49,025 nucleotides of DNA from Salmonella phage vB_SenS_UTK0006: the sequence record OQ359885.1, one strand, 5' to 3'. Every line of letters starts with the position of its first letter. Position 1 is the first letter of the stretch. Position numbers and translations under genes: made by a program. Below the pieces are notes generated by a model. It worked only from the letters and a program-made list of their open reading frames with translations. It had not been told where the DNA came from and ran no database searches. This document shows positions 1-7,992 of the stretch, piece after piece.

Positions 1-459
1 ATGGAAGAATTCGACTACATCCCCATGAAAGATTTCTGCAACGGCCTACGAGAAAAGGCAAAGAGCATTGCAGACGGTGAGCCGCTAATTATCCCGCTCG
101 CTATGCTTGTGCAACGGCTTCATCCAGAAGATGCAAAGAAAGTGACCGCAAGCTACATCAGGACTATCCTTGTGCGCACACCTGAGATCAAAGAAAAAGG
201 AAGTGTGAGCATCAAGAAATGTGTTTGTCCTGAACGTGGCGAATACCTGGAAGTGACGCTAAACGAGAATAAGAAGCGCCGCATTATCACTACTGACGAC
301 TTGCCAGCAATTAAAGAGGCGGCTGTAAGTAGCGCTTTCGAGAAGTTTATGCACATTCAGCCTGACGTTACAGATCTTGAAGGTGATCAGTTAGTTGGTG
401 CTACTATCGCGTTGCGCCGCATGAAAAATCTGATTAAATCAATGACAAAGGAAGGTTAA
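1..459 (+). CDS. hypothetical phage protein (may begin upstream of the window)
   Basis: 152-aa ORF followed directly by the next ORF at 462. Confidence 0.65.
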   Translation: MEEFDYIPMKDFCNGLREKAKSIADGEPLIIPLAMLVQRLHPEDAKKVTASYIRTILVRTPEIKEKGSVSIKKCVCPERGEYLEVTLNENKKRRIITTDDLPAIKEAAVSSAFEKFMHIQPDVTDLEGDQLVGATIALRRMKNLIKSMTKEG

Positions 460-461
460 AA

Positions 462-743
462 ATGAAAATGTCTAAAATCGACTCACTGGCAAAGATGATT
501 GCTAACGAATTACGCGATCAGAGCGTTAATGATTCAGATTGGAACATGCTGAAAGAGAACGTTATGCGCCTTTTGGGTAATCGCGTCCGTGTCGTTTCAG
601 ACTATATCGACACAAAAGGCCGTGAATGCACAATGGATGTTATTTATGTTGCCGGATCGCCAGCGTACTTGACAGCAACAAAGGCGCTTATTGAAAGCGG
701 AGCTAAATTTACAGTTATTCCGTTGACGGTAACAAAGGGGTAA
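462..743 (+). CDS. hypothetical protein
   Basis: 93-aa ORF with upstream AAGGAGG-like RBS (aaaggaaggtt), tightly packed. Confidence 0.65.
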   Translation: MKMSKIDSLAKMIANELRDQSVNDSDWNMLKENVMRLLGNRVRVVSDYIDTKGRECTMDVIYVAGSPAYLTATKALIESGAKFTVIPLTVTKG

Positions 744-856
744 TGTGATGAATACAAATACATTGAATTGTGCCTATGCTTGCTTGTCCTTGCGATTGCG
801 GCAACTTTCGGATCGCTTGCATTCCTGGTTTTTGCTGACGCTATCGGGAGACTTCA

Positions 857-964
857 ATGAAACCATTCGCCTTTGTCGCTGCAATGTGGTGTGTTGTTAT
901 TGATAGTCCTGGCGTGGCGCTTGTTGTGTTATGTCTGATTTTGTTGGGGGTGTTTGATGAATAA
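857..964 (+). CDS. small hydrophobic (single TM) protein, 35 aa
   Basis: MKPFAFVAAMWCVVIDSPGVALVVLCLILLGVFDE; below ORF-track cutoff; overlaps next ORF (ATGA-type). Confidence 0.5.
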   Translation: MKPFAFVAAMWCVVIDSPGVALVVLCLILLGVFDE

Positions 965-1070
965 GAAACTTTTAGATCATGCCGTGTTGTTCTTTATCGC
1001 TGCTGCTGGATTTTCGCTGTTGTCAATTGCTTTTTCAATCCTTGCTTTTGCCGTGTCAATGCTGAAATGA
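957..1070 (+). CDS. small hydrophobic (TM) protein, 37 aa
   Basis: MNKKLLDHAVLFFIAAAGFSLLSIAFSILAFAVSMLK; below ORF-track cutoff. Confidence 0.5.
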   Translation: MNKKLLDHAVLFFIAAAGFSLLSIAFSILAFAVSMLK

Positions 1071-1093
1071 CGGATTACATCCTGATTGGTAAA

Positions 1094-1147
1094 TAGCACT
1101 TTTTGTTAAAACTCGATTGGGGTAGTTTGGCATAATTACCCCATCGA
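1094..1147 (+). promoter_or_regulatory. composite promoter element, site 1
   Basis: TAGCACTTTTTGTTA (1094-1108), 22 nt, CATAAT (1131-1136); dyad TCGAT(t)GGGGTA / TACCCCATCGA encloses the -10. Confidence 0.7.
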
Positions 1148-1167
1148 AACGAAACGAGGAAAACACA

Positions 1168-1326
1168 ATGACTACCTTAATCACCTGGGAACACGAAGCA
1201 AGCCAGCCAGTAACCCGCGAGTTTGAAACTCTTAGCCAGGCTTATCTTTTGGCTGCTAACGGTGGTTATTACAAGGCTCAAGTTGTTGATGAAATGGGAG
1301 TGATCGTTTATGAATTCCATGCATAA
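1168..1326 (+). CDS. hypothetical protein, 52 aa
   Basis: ATG after cgaggaaaacaca RBS; MTTLITWEHEASQPVTREFETLSQAYLLAANGGYYKAQVVDEMGVIVYEFHA. Confidence 0.6.
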   Translation: MTTLITWEHEASQPVTREFETLSQAYLLAANGGYYKAQVVDEMGVIVYEFHA

Positions 1327-1597
1327 TTTCCGCAGCTACACGCAGGAAGTGGATTTTGAGGGGATCAAGTTGCCACTTCCTAATATATACCGATATATCA
1401 CGCGTGATGAATACGGATTTATCAACGCATGGCGAGATAAGCCCAAAAAGATTGGCAACGAATACGAATACGGCGACGGCTCAGAAATGCCGATCACGTT
1501 AGGTCATCAAACTGGCGAGAATGTAGCGGCTGTAATGCGCAAATATCGCCGCAGCCGCACAAACTCATTAATTTCTATCTTTGGCATACAGGAGTAA
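1310..1597 (+). CDS. hypothetical protein
   Basis: 95-aa ORF overlapping the end of the previous ORF. Confidence 0.55.
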   Translation: MNSMHNFRSYTQEVDFEGIKLPLPNIYRYITRDEYGFINAWRDKPKKIGNEYEYGDGSEMPITLGHQTGENVAAVMRKYRRSRTNSLISIFGIQE

Positions 1598-1602
1598 TAA
1601 AA

Positions 1603-1860
1603 ATGTTTGAACTGAAACGCGTAACTGTTGAGATCCTGAATGATGGCTCTTACGATGGAATGAAACACTTAACATTCCCGATCCGCATTGAGAATTGCAT
1701 TGATTACGGTATTGAAGTTGGAATGGTTGACGTTCCGCTTGATGCACTTATCGCGGCTGGCTATGACAAAGAGAAAGGCCAATGTGCCGATATACCGGAT
1801 AGCTATGAAAGCGACACACATTTTCCGTTCACCTATGGCGAATGCCGGATTGTTGATTGA
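1603..1860 (+). CDS. hypothetical protein
   Basis: 85-aa ORF, upstream AGGAGTAATAAAA RBS. Confidence 0.6.
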   Translation: MFELKRVTVEILNDGSYDGMKHLTFPIRIENCIDYGIEVGMVDVPLDALIAAGYDKEKGQCADIPDSYESDTHFPFTYGECRIVD

Positions 1861-1869
1861 GGTGATTAA

Positions 1870-1950
1870 ATGAGCAGTTGGCACAATGAACATGTAATGC
1901 AATTCTACCGCCACAGAATAAAGAAAATGCTAAATAGCACGAATTGCTAA
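1870..1950 (+). CDS. 26-aa micro-ORF ending ...NSTNC* inside operator site 2
   Basis: MSSWHNEHVMQFYRHRIKKMLNSTNC; stop TAA within the palindrome. Confidence 0.35.
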   Translation: MSSWHNEHVMQFYRHRIKKMLNSTNC

Positions 1951-1983
1951 AACTAAATCAGGGGCATTTGTTATAGTGTCCCT
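1935..1983 (+). promoter_or_regulatory. composite promoter element, site 2
   Basis: TAGCACGAATTGCTA (1935-1949), 22 nt, TATAGT (1972-1977); dyad AGGGGCA/TGTCCCT (one G-T). Confidence 0.75.
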
Positions 1984-2011
1984 CGTTGAGTTAAGCAAAG
2001 GAGAATCAACA

Positions 2012-2245
2012 ATGTTAAGCATCGAAAAAATCAACTTCCCGATCACTTTTAAAAATTGCGCTAACGGTAAAAATATTACATATCACAGCGAACACGGAAA
2101 CGGATTTTGGAGTGACGGTTGGAAAAGCAGCCTTTCATTAAAATATTTCATTAATCTGCATAATAAGCATAACCAAAGCAATAGTAATGTGTTGAGGTAC
2201 TATTACGAAATGGCAGAAAAAACGAGAGCAAGACGACCAGGTTGA
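2012..2245 (+). CDS. hypothetical protein
   Basis: MLSIEKINFPITFKNCANGKN...; RBS aaaggagaatcaaca. Confidence 0.6.
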   Translation: MLSIEKINFPITFKNCANGKNITYHSEHGNGFWSDGWKSSLSLKYFINLHNKHNQSNSNVLRYYYEMAEKTRARRPG

Positions 2246-2294
2246 CGCGCTGCAATATCTTCTTTCACGAGGCTGTGAGCTTTTCATTGGCGAT

Positions 2295-2579
2295 GTGAAA
2301 ATCAACAACGAGCTTATTGATAATCCGGTCAAAACTGAGACTGAAAGCGTGTGCAACATTGAAGATATGCCAGTTGGCGCAACGCTGTTAGGTGTTCAGC
2401 GTGAAAATGGCGAATGGGACGAGTTGAAATTTAAACCGCGCCGCATTGAGGTACACGACGATGTTATTTGCTTGCTTTCCGGTTATGCTGGCGGTTATAA
2501 GAGAGGCAATAATTACGGCGCTGAAATCAACATTAATCGCGGCACTAACGTAAAAATCAAAAACAGCACGAATTGCTAA
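2295..2579 (+). CDS. hypothetical protein ending ...NSTNC*
   Basis: 94-aa ORF; start codon uncertain; stop TAA inside operator site 3. Confidence 0.55.
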   Translation: MKINNELIDNPVKTETESVCNIEDMPVGATLLGVQRENGEWDELKFKPRRIEVHDDVICLLSGYAGGYKRGNNYGAEININRGTNVKIKNSTNC

Positions 2580-2615
2580 AACATAATCCTGTGGTTGCGG
2601 TATAGTAACCCCACA
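2564..2615 (+). promoter_or_regulatory. composite promoter element, site 3
   Basis: CAGCACGAATTGCTA (2564-2578), 22 nt, TATAGT (2601-2606); imperfect dyad TGTGGTT/AA(cc)CCACA. Confidence 0.65.
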
Positions 2616-2638
2616 CCAAACAACGAGAGGATCACAAA

Positions 2639-2965
2639 ATGGAATTAGCACGTAACGCAATTTATGGTTTGCACCTCAAAGGCGGCAAAGGCTCAACTTA
2701 TGCACACCTGTTTCATGTGAATGAGCGTGGTCAGATGGATATCGCAATGTTTGTTGACCAAAGGGTTAAGAAAGGCGGTGAGGGTGATTGTGATACATTC
2801 CGACCGGATTTAGTTGAATACGATCACACATACAGTCATGATCACTGGATTGGTCACGGTCGCAAGTTTGTAATGGTTAATAGCCACGTTACCGACACAA
2901 GCAAAATCACTGCATCGCAGTATAAGCGCATGGCTCGCAAGGTTATGAAGTTAGAAGCGCAATAG
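2639..2965 (+). CDS. hypothetical protein
   Basis: 108-aa ORF; stop TAG is the first triplet of operator site 4. Confidence 0.6.
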   Translation: MELARNAIYGLHLKGGKGSTYAHLFHVNERGQMDIAMFVDQRVKKGGEGDCDTFRPDLVEYDHTYSHDHWIGHGRKFVMVNSHVTDTSKITASQYKRMARKVMKLEAQ

Positions 2966-3011
2966 CACGAAATGTTAAGCGGTCATGTGTCCTGATTGGT
3001 ATAATGACCGC
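2963..3011 (+). promoter_or_regulatory. composite promoter element, site 4
   Basis: TAGCACGAAATGTTA (2963-2977), 22 nt, TATAAT (3000-3005); dyad GCGGTCAT/ATGACCGC. Confidence 0.75.
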
Positions 3012-3037
3012 ATCAACCAACCAAAGGAGAAGTAAAA

Positions 3038-3145
3038 ATGTCTAAAGAGTCTATCAAGCAGTTTCTGAAATACGGTTCTATGATTGTGCTCGCTACCGTT
3101 GTGCTGGCTGGTATCGCTTACAGTGTCATTGAATTTGTGGGGTGA
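3038..3145 (+). CDS. small TM protein, 35 aa
   Basis: MSKESIKQFLKYGSMIVLATVVLAGIAYSVIEFVG; RBS aaaggagaagtaaaa. Confidence 0.6.
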   Translation: MSKESIKQFLKYGSMIVLATVVLAGIAYSVIEFVG

Positions 3146-3148
3146 TGG

Positions 3149-3691
3149 ATGTTTAAGATCGAATTGTGGGGCAAGGAATACACTAATCACTACGTTGCAA
3201 CAAAACAGCGTTTCGTGATTTTCGACTTGGACGGCACATTGTCAAACGGCATTAACCGCTTGCATCTGTTGCCAACTGTTGACTTGCACCTTACTGAAAG
3301 CTGGAGTGAGTTTAACCGCGCCGCAAAGGATGATTTACCATTCATGGATAACATAGCCGTTTGCAATGCTATGTTTGATGCCGGATACCTTGTTATCATC
3401 CTAACGGGTCGGAGTGATGAAGTTGAGGCGGAAACGCGAGCATGGTTAGCTGAAAACGGCGTTTCTTTCGATTGGCTGATTATGCGCCGCGCGGAGGACA
3501 ACCGGAAAGATACCGTGATCAAAGAGGAAGTTTTACGGACTATCGGACTTGATCGCATTGTCGCATGTTGGGATGACTCACCAAACGTTATTGCACACTT
3601 GCGCGGCCTGGGCTTGACGGTTTACCAGGTTATTGACTACGGCGACCAGTTACACGATCACCTAAAGTCTCACGGAGTTGAAAAGCTATGA
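3149..3691 (+). CDS. HAD-superfamily phosphatase resembling the 3'-phosphatase domain of T4 PseT
   Basis: FVIFDLDGTLSNG (DxDGT), ILTGRSDE, late CWDDSPNV motif. Confidence 0.75.
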   Translation: MFKIELWGKEYTNHYVATKQRFVIFDLDGTLSNGINRLHLLPTVDLHLTESWSEFNRAAKDDLPFMDNIAVCNAMFDAGYLVIILTGRSDEVEAETRAWLAENGVSFDWLIMRRAEDNRKDTVIKEEVLRTIGLDRIVACWDDSPNVIAHLRGLGLTVYQVIDYGDQLHDHLKSHGVEKL

Positions 3692-3864
3692 AACTAAAAT
3701 GCATCGGTGAATATCCAGGTTTTACGGTTGGCAACATGTACAATGCAACAATCGGAATGGATCACACATTTGGTTATGAATGCTATGTTGTCATTGATGA
3801 TGATGGTGATTCACGTAGCATTGATTTCGAAACAGAGGATTTTGTAGAGGATCGCTATCTGTGA
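3688..3864 (+). CDS. hypothetical protein, 58 aa
   Basis: MKLKCIGEYPGFTVGNMYNATIGMDHTFGYECYVVIDDDGDSRSIDFETEDFVEDRYL. Confidence 0.55.
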   Translation: MKLKCIGEYPGFTVGNMYNATIGMDHTFGYECYVVIDDDGDSRSIDFETEDFVEDRYL

Positions 3865-3962
3865 TTGAAAACTATGATCCAATGGCGCTTGCCTGGGGTG
3901 TTGGTGCTTTCGTGGTGGCGGTTGTGATTTGCCTATGGGATATCAACAGGAGGTATAAATGA
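3861..3962 (+). CDS. small TM protein, 33 aa (GTG start)
   Basis: hydrophobic ORF coupled to both neighbours by overlapping start/stop codons. Confidence 0.45.
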   Translation: MIENYDPMALAWGVGAFVVAVVICLWDINRRYK

Positions 3963-4168
3963 TCTTGTCAGTCGCATACGCTAACCCGAGAGGATGCAAT
4001 ATATTTGGGTTTAAGGTTGGCGGCATGGTTAACGCAAAATATGACGACAGAGGGCGTTTAATGGTTGAAGCGCCAAAGACAAAAGTAATGATGCACGTTA
4101 AGGAGATTGGCGGAAGGTTGGCGATCAGGTCAATGGCAGGGCAAACGCTTGTTACTTTCTGTAAATAG
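3959..4168 (+). CDS. hypothetical protein
   Basis: 69-aa ORF; stop TAG opens operator site 5. Confidence 0.5.
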   Translation: MILSVAYANPRGCNIFGFKVGGMVNAKYDDRGRLMVEAPKTKVMMHVKEIGGRLAIRSMAGQTLVTFCK

Positions 4169-4215
4169 CACTTTTTGCTAAAACTTGCTAAGGCACATTT
4201 GATAAAGTGTGCCTT
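4166..4215 (+). promoter_or_regulatory. composite promoter element, site 5
   Basis: TAGCACTTTTTGCTA (4166-4180), 22 nt, TAAAGT (4203-4208); dyad AAGGCACA/TGTGCCTT. Confidence 0.7.
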
Positions 4216-4241
4216 GTCGAGACAAGCAAGGAGAATGACAC

Positions 4242-4538
4242 ATGAAAGTTTTTATGATTAAACAGTTTGGACGCACTGCATATTATATCATCAACGACGA
4301 AGGCGATATTTTCATTTCGAACTATCCGACTCTTGAAGTTGGGCGTCATTTCAGAAGTTCAGTTGACGAAAAAGGAATTATCAATATGGTTGAGTGTGGA
4401 ATGATGGTTCCCTTCAATAAAGAAGCGGCTGAATTATTCCAGCAATCACAGATCCGAAAGCGCAACCGCAATATTATTTGCTTTACCGTCGCAATGGTTG
4501 TAACTGTTGGCTCAATCTTACTTGGAGTGTGGGCGTGA
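4242..4538 (+). CDS. membrane-anchored hypothetical protein
   Basis: 98-aa ORF, C-terminal hydrophobic segment IICFTVAMVVTVGSILLGVWA. Confidence 0.6.
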   Translation: MKVFMIKQFGRTAYYIINDEGDIFISNYPTLEVGRHFRSSVDEKGIINMVECGMMVPFNKEAAELFQQSQIRKRNRNIICFTVAMVVTVGSILLGVWA

Positions 4539-4720
4539 TGAATCTTGATAATAAAGTTGAAACGCAAAAGACGATTGATTATCTGCGTGACCTTGCCGAC
4601 AAGCTGGAGAATAACCAGATTCATTTAAATGAGATCGTTATTGAATCGCGCAACGTTTGTTGGAACGTTGAAGAAGAAACATTAACCATGCAAGTTTTAA
4701 AGGCGGTAGACAATGGCTAA
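4538..4720 (+). CDS. hypothetical protein
   Basis: MNLDNKVETQKTIDYLRDLADKLENNQ... Confidence 0.6.
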   Translation: MNLDNKVETQKTIDYLRDLADKLENNQIHLNEIVIESRNVCWNVEEETLTMQVLKAVDNG

Positions 4721-5288
4721 AATTATCATCCTTAACGCGCCTCCAGGTGCTGGTAAAGACACAATCGGCAAGATGATTTCTTTCTATTCGCCTGGTGAGC
4801 AATGCCGCATCATTAGCTTTAAAGAGCCAATGTTTGATATTGCATTAGCTATCCTGGGCAAAGAGAACTATCAGCGTTTCATGCTGGCTTACGATGACAG
4901 AGAGCAGAAAGAAAGGCCGCAAACATTCCTGATGGGTATGTCACCGCGTGAGTTCATGATCTGGATTAGCGAGGATGTAATAAAACCTAAATTCGGAAAG
5001 GATTATTTCGGCGTAAGGTTTAATCAGAAAGTAAAAGAGTGTGATGCTCCTGTTGTTTGCACTGATGGCGGTTTTCCAGATGAAATTATAGCGCTAATCA
5101 ATGCTGGTAATGAGGTGAAGTTATGCCGCTTGCACCGCGACGGGTTCACGTTTGCAGGTGATAGCCGCAACTACATTCGAATAAATCCATACTACCAGAA
5201 AAACGGATATAGCGAGCACGATTATAAATTGGTTGATAAACAACCAAATGTAACGGTAAAGGAAATCATTCGCGATCACCTTAAATAG
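4713..5288 (+). CDS. deoxynucleoside monophosphate kinase-like NTPase
   Basis: P-loop AKIIILNAPPGAGKDTIGKMI; stop TAG opens operator site 6. Confidence 0.75.
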   Translation: MAKIIILNAPPGAGKDTIGKMISFYSPGEQCRIISFKEPMFDIALAILGKENYQRFMLAYDDREQKERPQTFLMGMSPREFMIWISEDVIKPKFGKDYFGVRFNQKVKECDAPVVCTDGGFPDEIIALINAGNEVKLCRLHRDGFTFAGDSRNYIRINPYYQKNGYSEHDYKLVDKQPNVTVKEIIRDHLK

Positions 5289-5334
5289 CACGAATTGCTA
5301 AAACTTGCGCAAGGCCATTTGTTATAGTGGCCTT
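5286..5334 (+). promoter_or_regulatory. composite promoter element, site 6
   Basis: TAGCACGAATTGCTA (5286-5300), 22 nt, TATAGT (5323-5328); dyad AAGGCCA/TGGCCTT. Confidence 0.75.
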
Positions 5335-5368
5335 ATTCAAGAGAAGCAACCAATCAGAGGAATAAACG

Positions 5369-5566
5369 ATGAAAATTAAATTCACCAAATCAAACACCAT
5401 GAATCTGACAGTTGGCGCAACTTACCACATGGAAGATGGTGTAAACGGATTTAGCCCGACTGTTACGCATGAATACGGCGGTCACTTCTTCTTAAACGGT
5501 AAAGACGGATTATCTGTAAATGTTGGCTCTTTCGTTCTGGCAGAATTTGAGATCGTGGAGGAATAA
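5369..5566 (+). CDS. hypothetical protein
   Basis: 65-aa ORF with RBS. Confidence 0.6.
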   Translation: MKIKFTKSNTMNLTVGATYHMEDGVNGFSPTVTHEYGGHFFLNGKDGLSVNVGSFVLAEFEIVEE

Positions 5567-5567
5567 A

Positions 5568-5732
5568 ATGTTCTGGATTCATTCGCCGCAAGGGTTGCTT
5601 TATGTGCCTGGCGTTGAATTGGAAGAACGACGCGACGGCGACACGGTAAACATCATAACTAAGGATTCAAAAGGCCACACTCTTAAAACGTATGTTTTTA
5701 ACACTCCGGTTAAGGTCGAAAAAGATGATTAG
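5568..5732 (+). CDS. hypothetical protein, 54 aa
   Basis: MFWIHSPQGLLYVPGVELEERRDGDTVNIITKDSKGHTLKTYVFNTPVKVEKDD; RBS gtggaggaataaa. Confidence 0.6.
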   Translation: MFWIHSPQGLLYVPGVELEERRDGDTVNIITKDSKGHTLKTYVFNTPVKVEKDD

Positions 5733-5907
5733 ATTTATTGGTTTTGTGGCATTGCTTATGTGCGGAATATTGCTTACTGATAATGACACTTGGCAAAGCG
5801 CTGTTGGCGGTTTACTTATTTTTCTTGCAGGTGGCATGGTTGGCAGTAATGACGCAGCAAACAAGAATAAACTTTCCGATCATTTACGCAGAGAGACAAA
5901 ACGATGA
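5728..5907 (+). CDS. small membrane protein
   Basis: MIRFIGFVALLMCGILLTDNDTWQSAVGGLLIFLAGGMVG... Confidence 0.55.
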   Translation: MRFIGFVALLMCGILLTDNDTWQSAVGGLLIFLAGGMVGSNDAANKNKLSDHLRRETKR

Positions 5908-6149
5908 ATAGAAAAATGTTAGTTCGCGCATTCGCAAAGATTGCTAAAAGATGGGGTGATTCAGCTAAAACGCCTTACACGTTTAGTATGTGCGGTTACA
6001 ATAATGCTCGCGCCTGGGGTCGCTGCATTGCGGATAACTACAAAGCCGAAATGATGGAAGATTTTGCAAAGTGGATTGATACGCCTTTGAAGGATTGGTG
6101 TCAATTTGACTATGACTATTTCGCAGAAGAAGAAATTTCTTGTTGGTAA
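5904..6149 (+). CDS. hypothetical protein
   Basis: 81-aa ORF. Confidence 0.6.
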   Translation: MNRKMLVRAFAKIAKRWGDSAKTPYTFSMCGYNNARAWGRCIADNYKAEMMEDFAKWIDTPLKDWCQFDYDYFAEEEISCW

Positions 6150-6161
6150 GGAGAATAAAAT

Positions 6162-6659
6162 ATGAAAGCTAAAAATGATTTTTATAACTACCTGACAAAA
6201 GGCCGTGACTATACCGTTTTGAATAGCATAGATACTCTTTACCTGGTTGTTGCTGATAATGGCGTTAGAGTTTGGCTTGATAAAACTCTTTTCGAAAGCG
6301 AGCACCTAAGCAACGCAAAGCGGATCGCAGATGAAGCAAGCGCATTAGCAGAGCGTGAACGAATTCGCGATATAGTATCGGAGCAGGTTAGAAATTCATG
6401 TTCGCCTGGTGGCGATATCTTCAAATCAATGCGCGGTGAAATGACGGTTGGAATTCAAGATCGCGTAATTGCAAAATCAGTTGATTCTGTAATTGAGAAT
6501 GCGCGATTCAATGCGTTGATTAACTCAGAGCATAACGAATACGTCAAAGTTTTAGAGCAACTGCGTGAAGTGCTGCGAGTGCCGGAAGGTGAAAATATAG
6601 TGACTCATGCAAAGGTTGTAAGAGCGTTGGCTGATGCGCTGATTGGTCTGCAAAAATAG
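6162..6659 (+). CDS. hypothetical protein
   Basis: 165-aa ORF; stop TAG opens operator site 7. Confidence 0.65.
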   Translation: MKAKNDFYNYLTKGRDYTVLNSIDTLYLVVADNGVRVWLDKTLFESEHLSNAKRIADEASALAERERIRDIVSEQVRNSCSPGGDIFKSMRGEMTVGIQDRVIAKSVDSVIENARFNALINSEHNEYVKVLEQLREVLRVPEGENIVTHAKVVRALADALIGLQK

Positions 6660-6705
6660 CACTTTTTGTTAAAACTTCCGCGAGGGCATTTGTTAAAGTG
6701 TCCTC
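6657..6705 (+). promoter_or_regulatory. composite promoter element, site 7
   Basis: TAGCACTTTTTGTTA (6657-6671), 22 nt, TAAAGT (6694-6699); dyad GAGGGCA/TGTCCTC (one G-T). Confidence 0.7.
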
Positions 6706-6733
6706 ATTGAAGCGAAACACGGAGATTTAGAAA

Positions 6734-6937
6734 ATGGCTGTATACACTGGCAAGATGTTTGAAAGCGAAAACCCGGTTTACGGCGGCACTTATGAGCTAA
6801 TCATTGATGATGATCGCGTTATTCTTGCTGATGATGACGCTGAAGAATATCACGAGGTTGTAGCGGATAAGTACGATAATGACGTTATGATCTTAGCAGG
6901 AAACAACCGCATCAAGTTTTACGCAGTGGAGGAATAA
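6734..6937 (+). CDS. hypothetical protein
   Basis: 67-aa ORF. Confidence 0.6.
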   Translation: MAVYTGKMFESENPVYGGTYELIIDDDRVILADDDAEEYHEVVADKYDNDVMILAGNNRIKFYAVEE

Positions 6938-6940
6938 CAG

Positions 6941-7192
6941 ATGATCGCAATCAACCTATCAGAAGAACAAGCGAAATCGTTGCTAAATAGCTTGGGATGG
7001 CGTTATGGCTCGGGTGAATATGAGCGATTGGATGTTAAAAGCGATGTTGCAAAAGAGGTTTTCATCCAGCTTGAGCAGCAATTAATGCCACGCTCAACAA
7101 GTGCGGCAGAGTTGGCAGTGTGGCGGCACGAAAACGGATTGAACGAAATGGATGTTGAAAAGTGGAAGCGTAAAAACGAGGTGTTAGCATGA
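6941..7192 (+). CDS. hypothetical protein
   Basis: 83-aa ORF. Confidence 0.6.
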   Translation: MIAINLSEEQAKSLLNSLGWRYGSGEYERLDVKSDVAKEVFIQLEQQLMPRSTSAAELAVWRHENGLNEMDVEKWKRKNEVLA

Positions 7193-7515
7193 TTTACATT
7201 CACTCTTACGGAGTTGGTAAGTTTGGAAGCAAGCAGATCCGAAACATCCACGACACGTTAGAAGAAGCGAAAGCACAGCAACGCGTTTTAGGTGGAGTTG
7301 TTCAGGCTTTCGAACCAGTGGAAGATCTGGAAATGCAAGAGGCCATAAAGGAAATCGTTGTTGATGAAGTTTCATGTATAATCGACGAATTGAGCACTGA
7401 TTCGCCAGGGTTCGCAAGAACATTTGAACCAGGCTCAACAGAATGGGATTGCTGGAAGGTGAAAACCTTAAACAACATTCGAGCAATCTTGGATGGAAAA
7501 TTTAACGAAAATTGA
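7189..7515 (+). CDS. hypothetical protein
   Basis: 108-aa ORF overlapping upstream stop. Confidence 0.6.
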   Translation: MIYIHSYGVGKFGSKQIRNIHDTLEEAKAQQRVLGGVVQAFEPVEDLEMQEAIKEIVVDEVSCIIDELSTDSPGFARTFEPGSTEWDCWKVKTLNNIRAILDGKFNEN

Positions 7516-7526
7516 TAGCTAAAATA

Positions 7527-7560
7527 GCGCCTCAATCGCATTATAAGAGGCGCATTTTTT
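7527..7560 (+). terminator. intrinsic terminator; loop contains TATAAG
   Basis: GCGCCTC aatcgcattataa GAGGCGC ATTTTTT. Confidence 0.6.
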
Positions 7561-7704
7561 AGGAAGGTGATTCTATACCTGAATACATAAAACCGTCGCA
7601 GTGGTGCGCACAGAAGCAAGAAGAAGCATTAGAGCGCGGCGACACTGACACAGCATTGCACTACTTTGAAATGTTTCAACTTTGGAAATCAAGAGGACTT
7701 TAAA

Positions 7705-7932
7705 ATGTTTGGACTTAATGAGGCTGAATACAACATTGTTAAACGCGCTGCAAAAGAGTGCATGAAGGATCTGAAAGTTGAAGTTACGAGCGGCAACAAA
7801 TACGATCATATTGCGGCTGGCATTATCACCAAACATCACACGCCAATTTCTACCTTAATCACTCGCACAAAGTTTGTATGGCTTGCTGGTTATATAGCTG
7901 GTCGATGGGGTAAGCCTGGCGAGTACGAATAA
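7705..7932 (+). CDS. hypothetical protein
   Basis: MFGLNEAEYNIVKRAAKECMKDL...; RBS agaggactttaaa. Confidence 0.6.
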   Translation: MFGLNEAEYNIVKRAAKECMKDLKVEVTSGNKYDHIAAGIITKHHTPISTLITRTKFVWLAGYIAGRWGKPGEYE

Positions 7933-7954
7933 TAAGCACTTGAATCAATGAAGG

Positions 7955-7992
7955 TTGACGGCGTGTTGTCTGATTGGTAGATTAAACGCCGT
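7955..7992 (+). promoter_or_regulatory. sigma70-like promoter with -10 enclosed by a dyad
   Basis: TTGACG (7955-7960), 17 nt, TAGATT (7978-7983); dyad ACGGCGT (7958-7964) / ACGCCGT (7986-7992). Confidence 0.45.
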
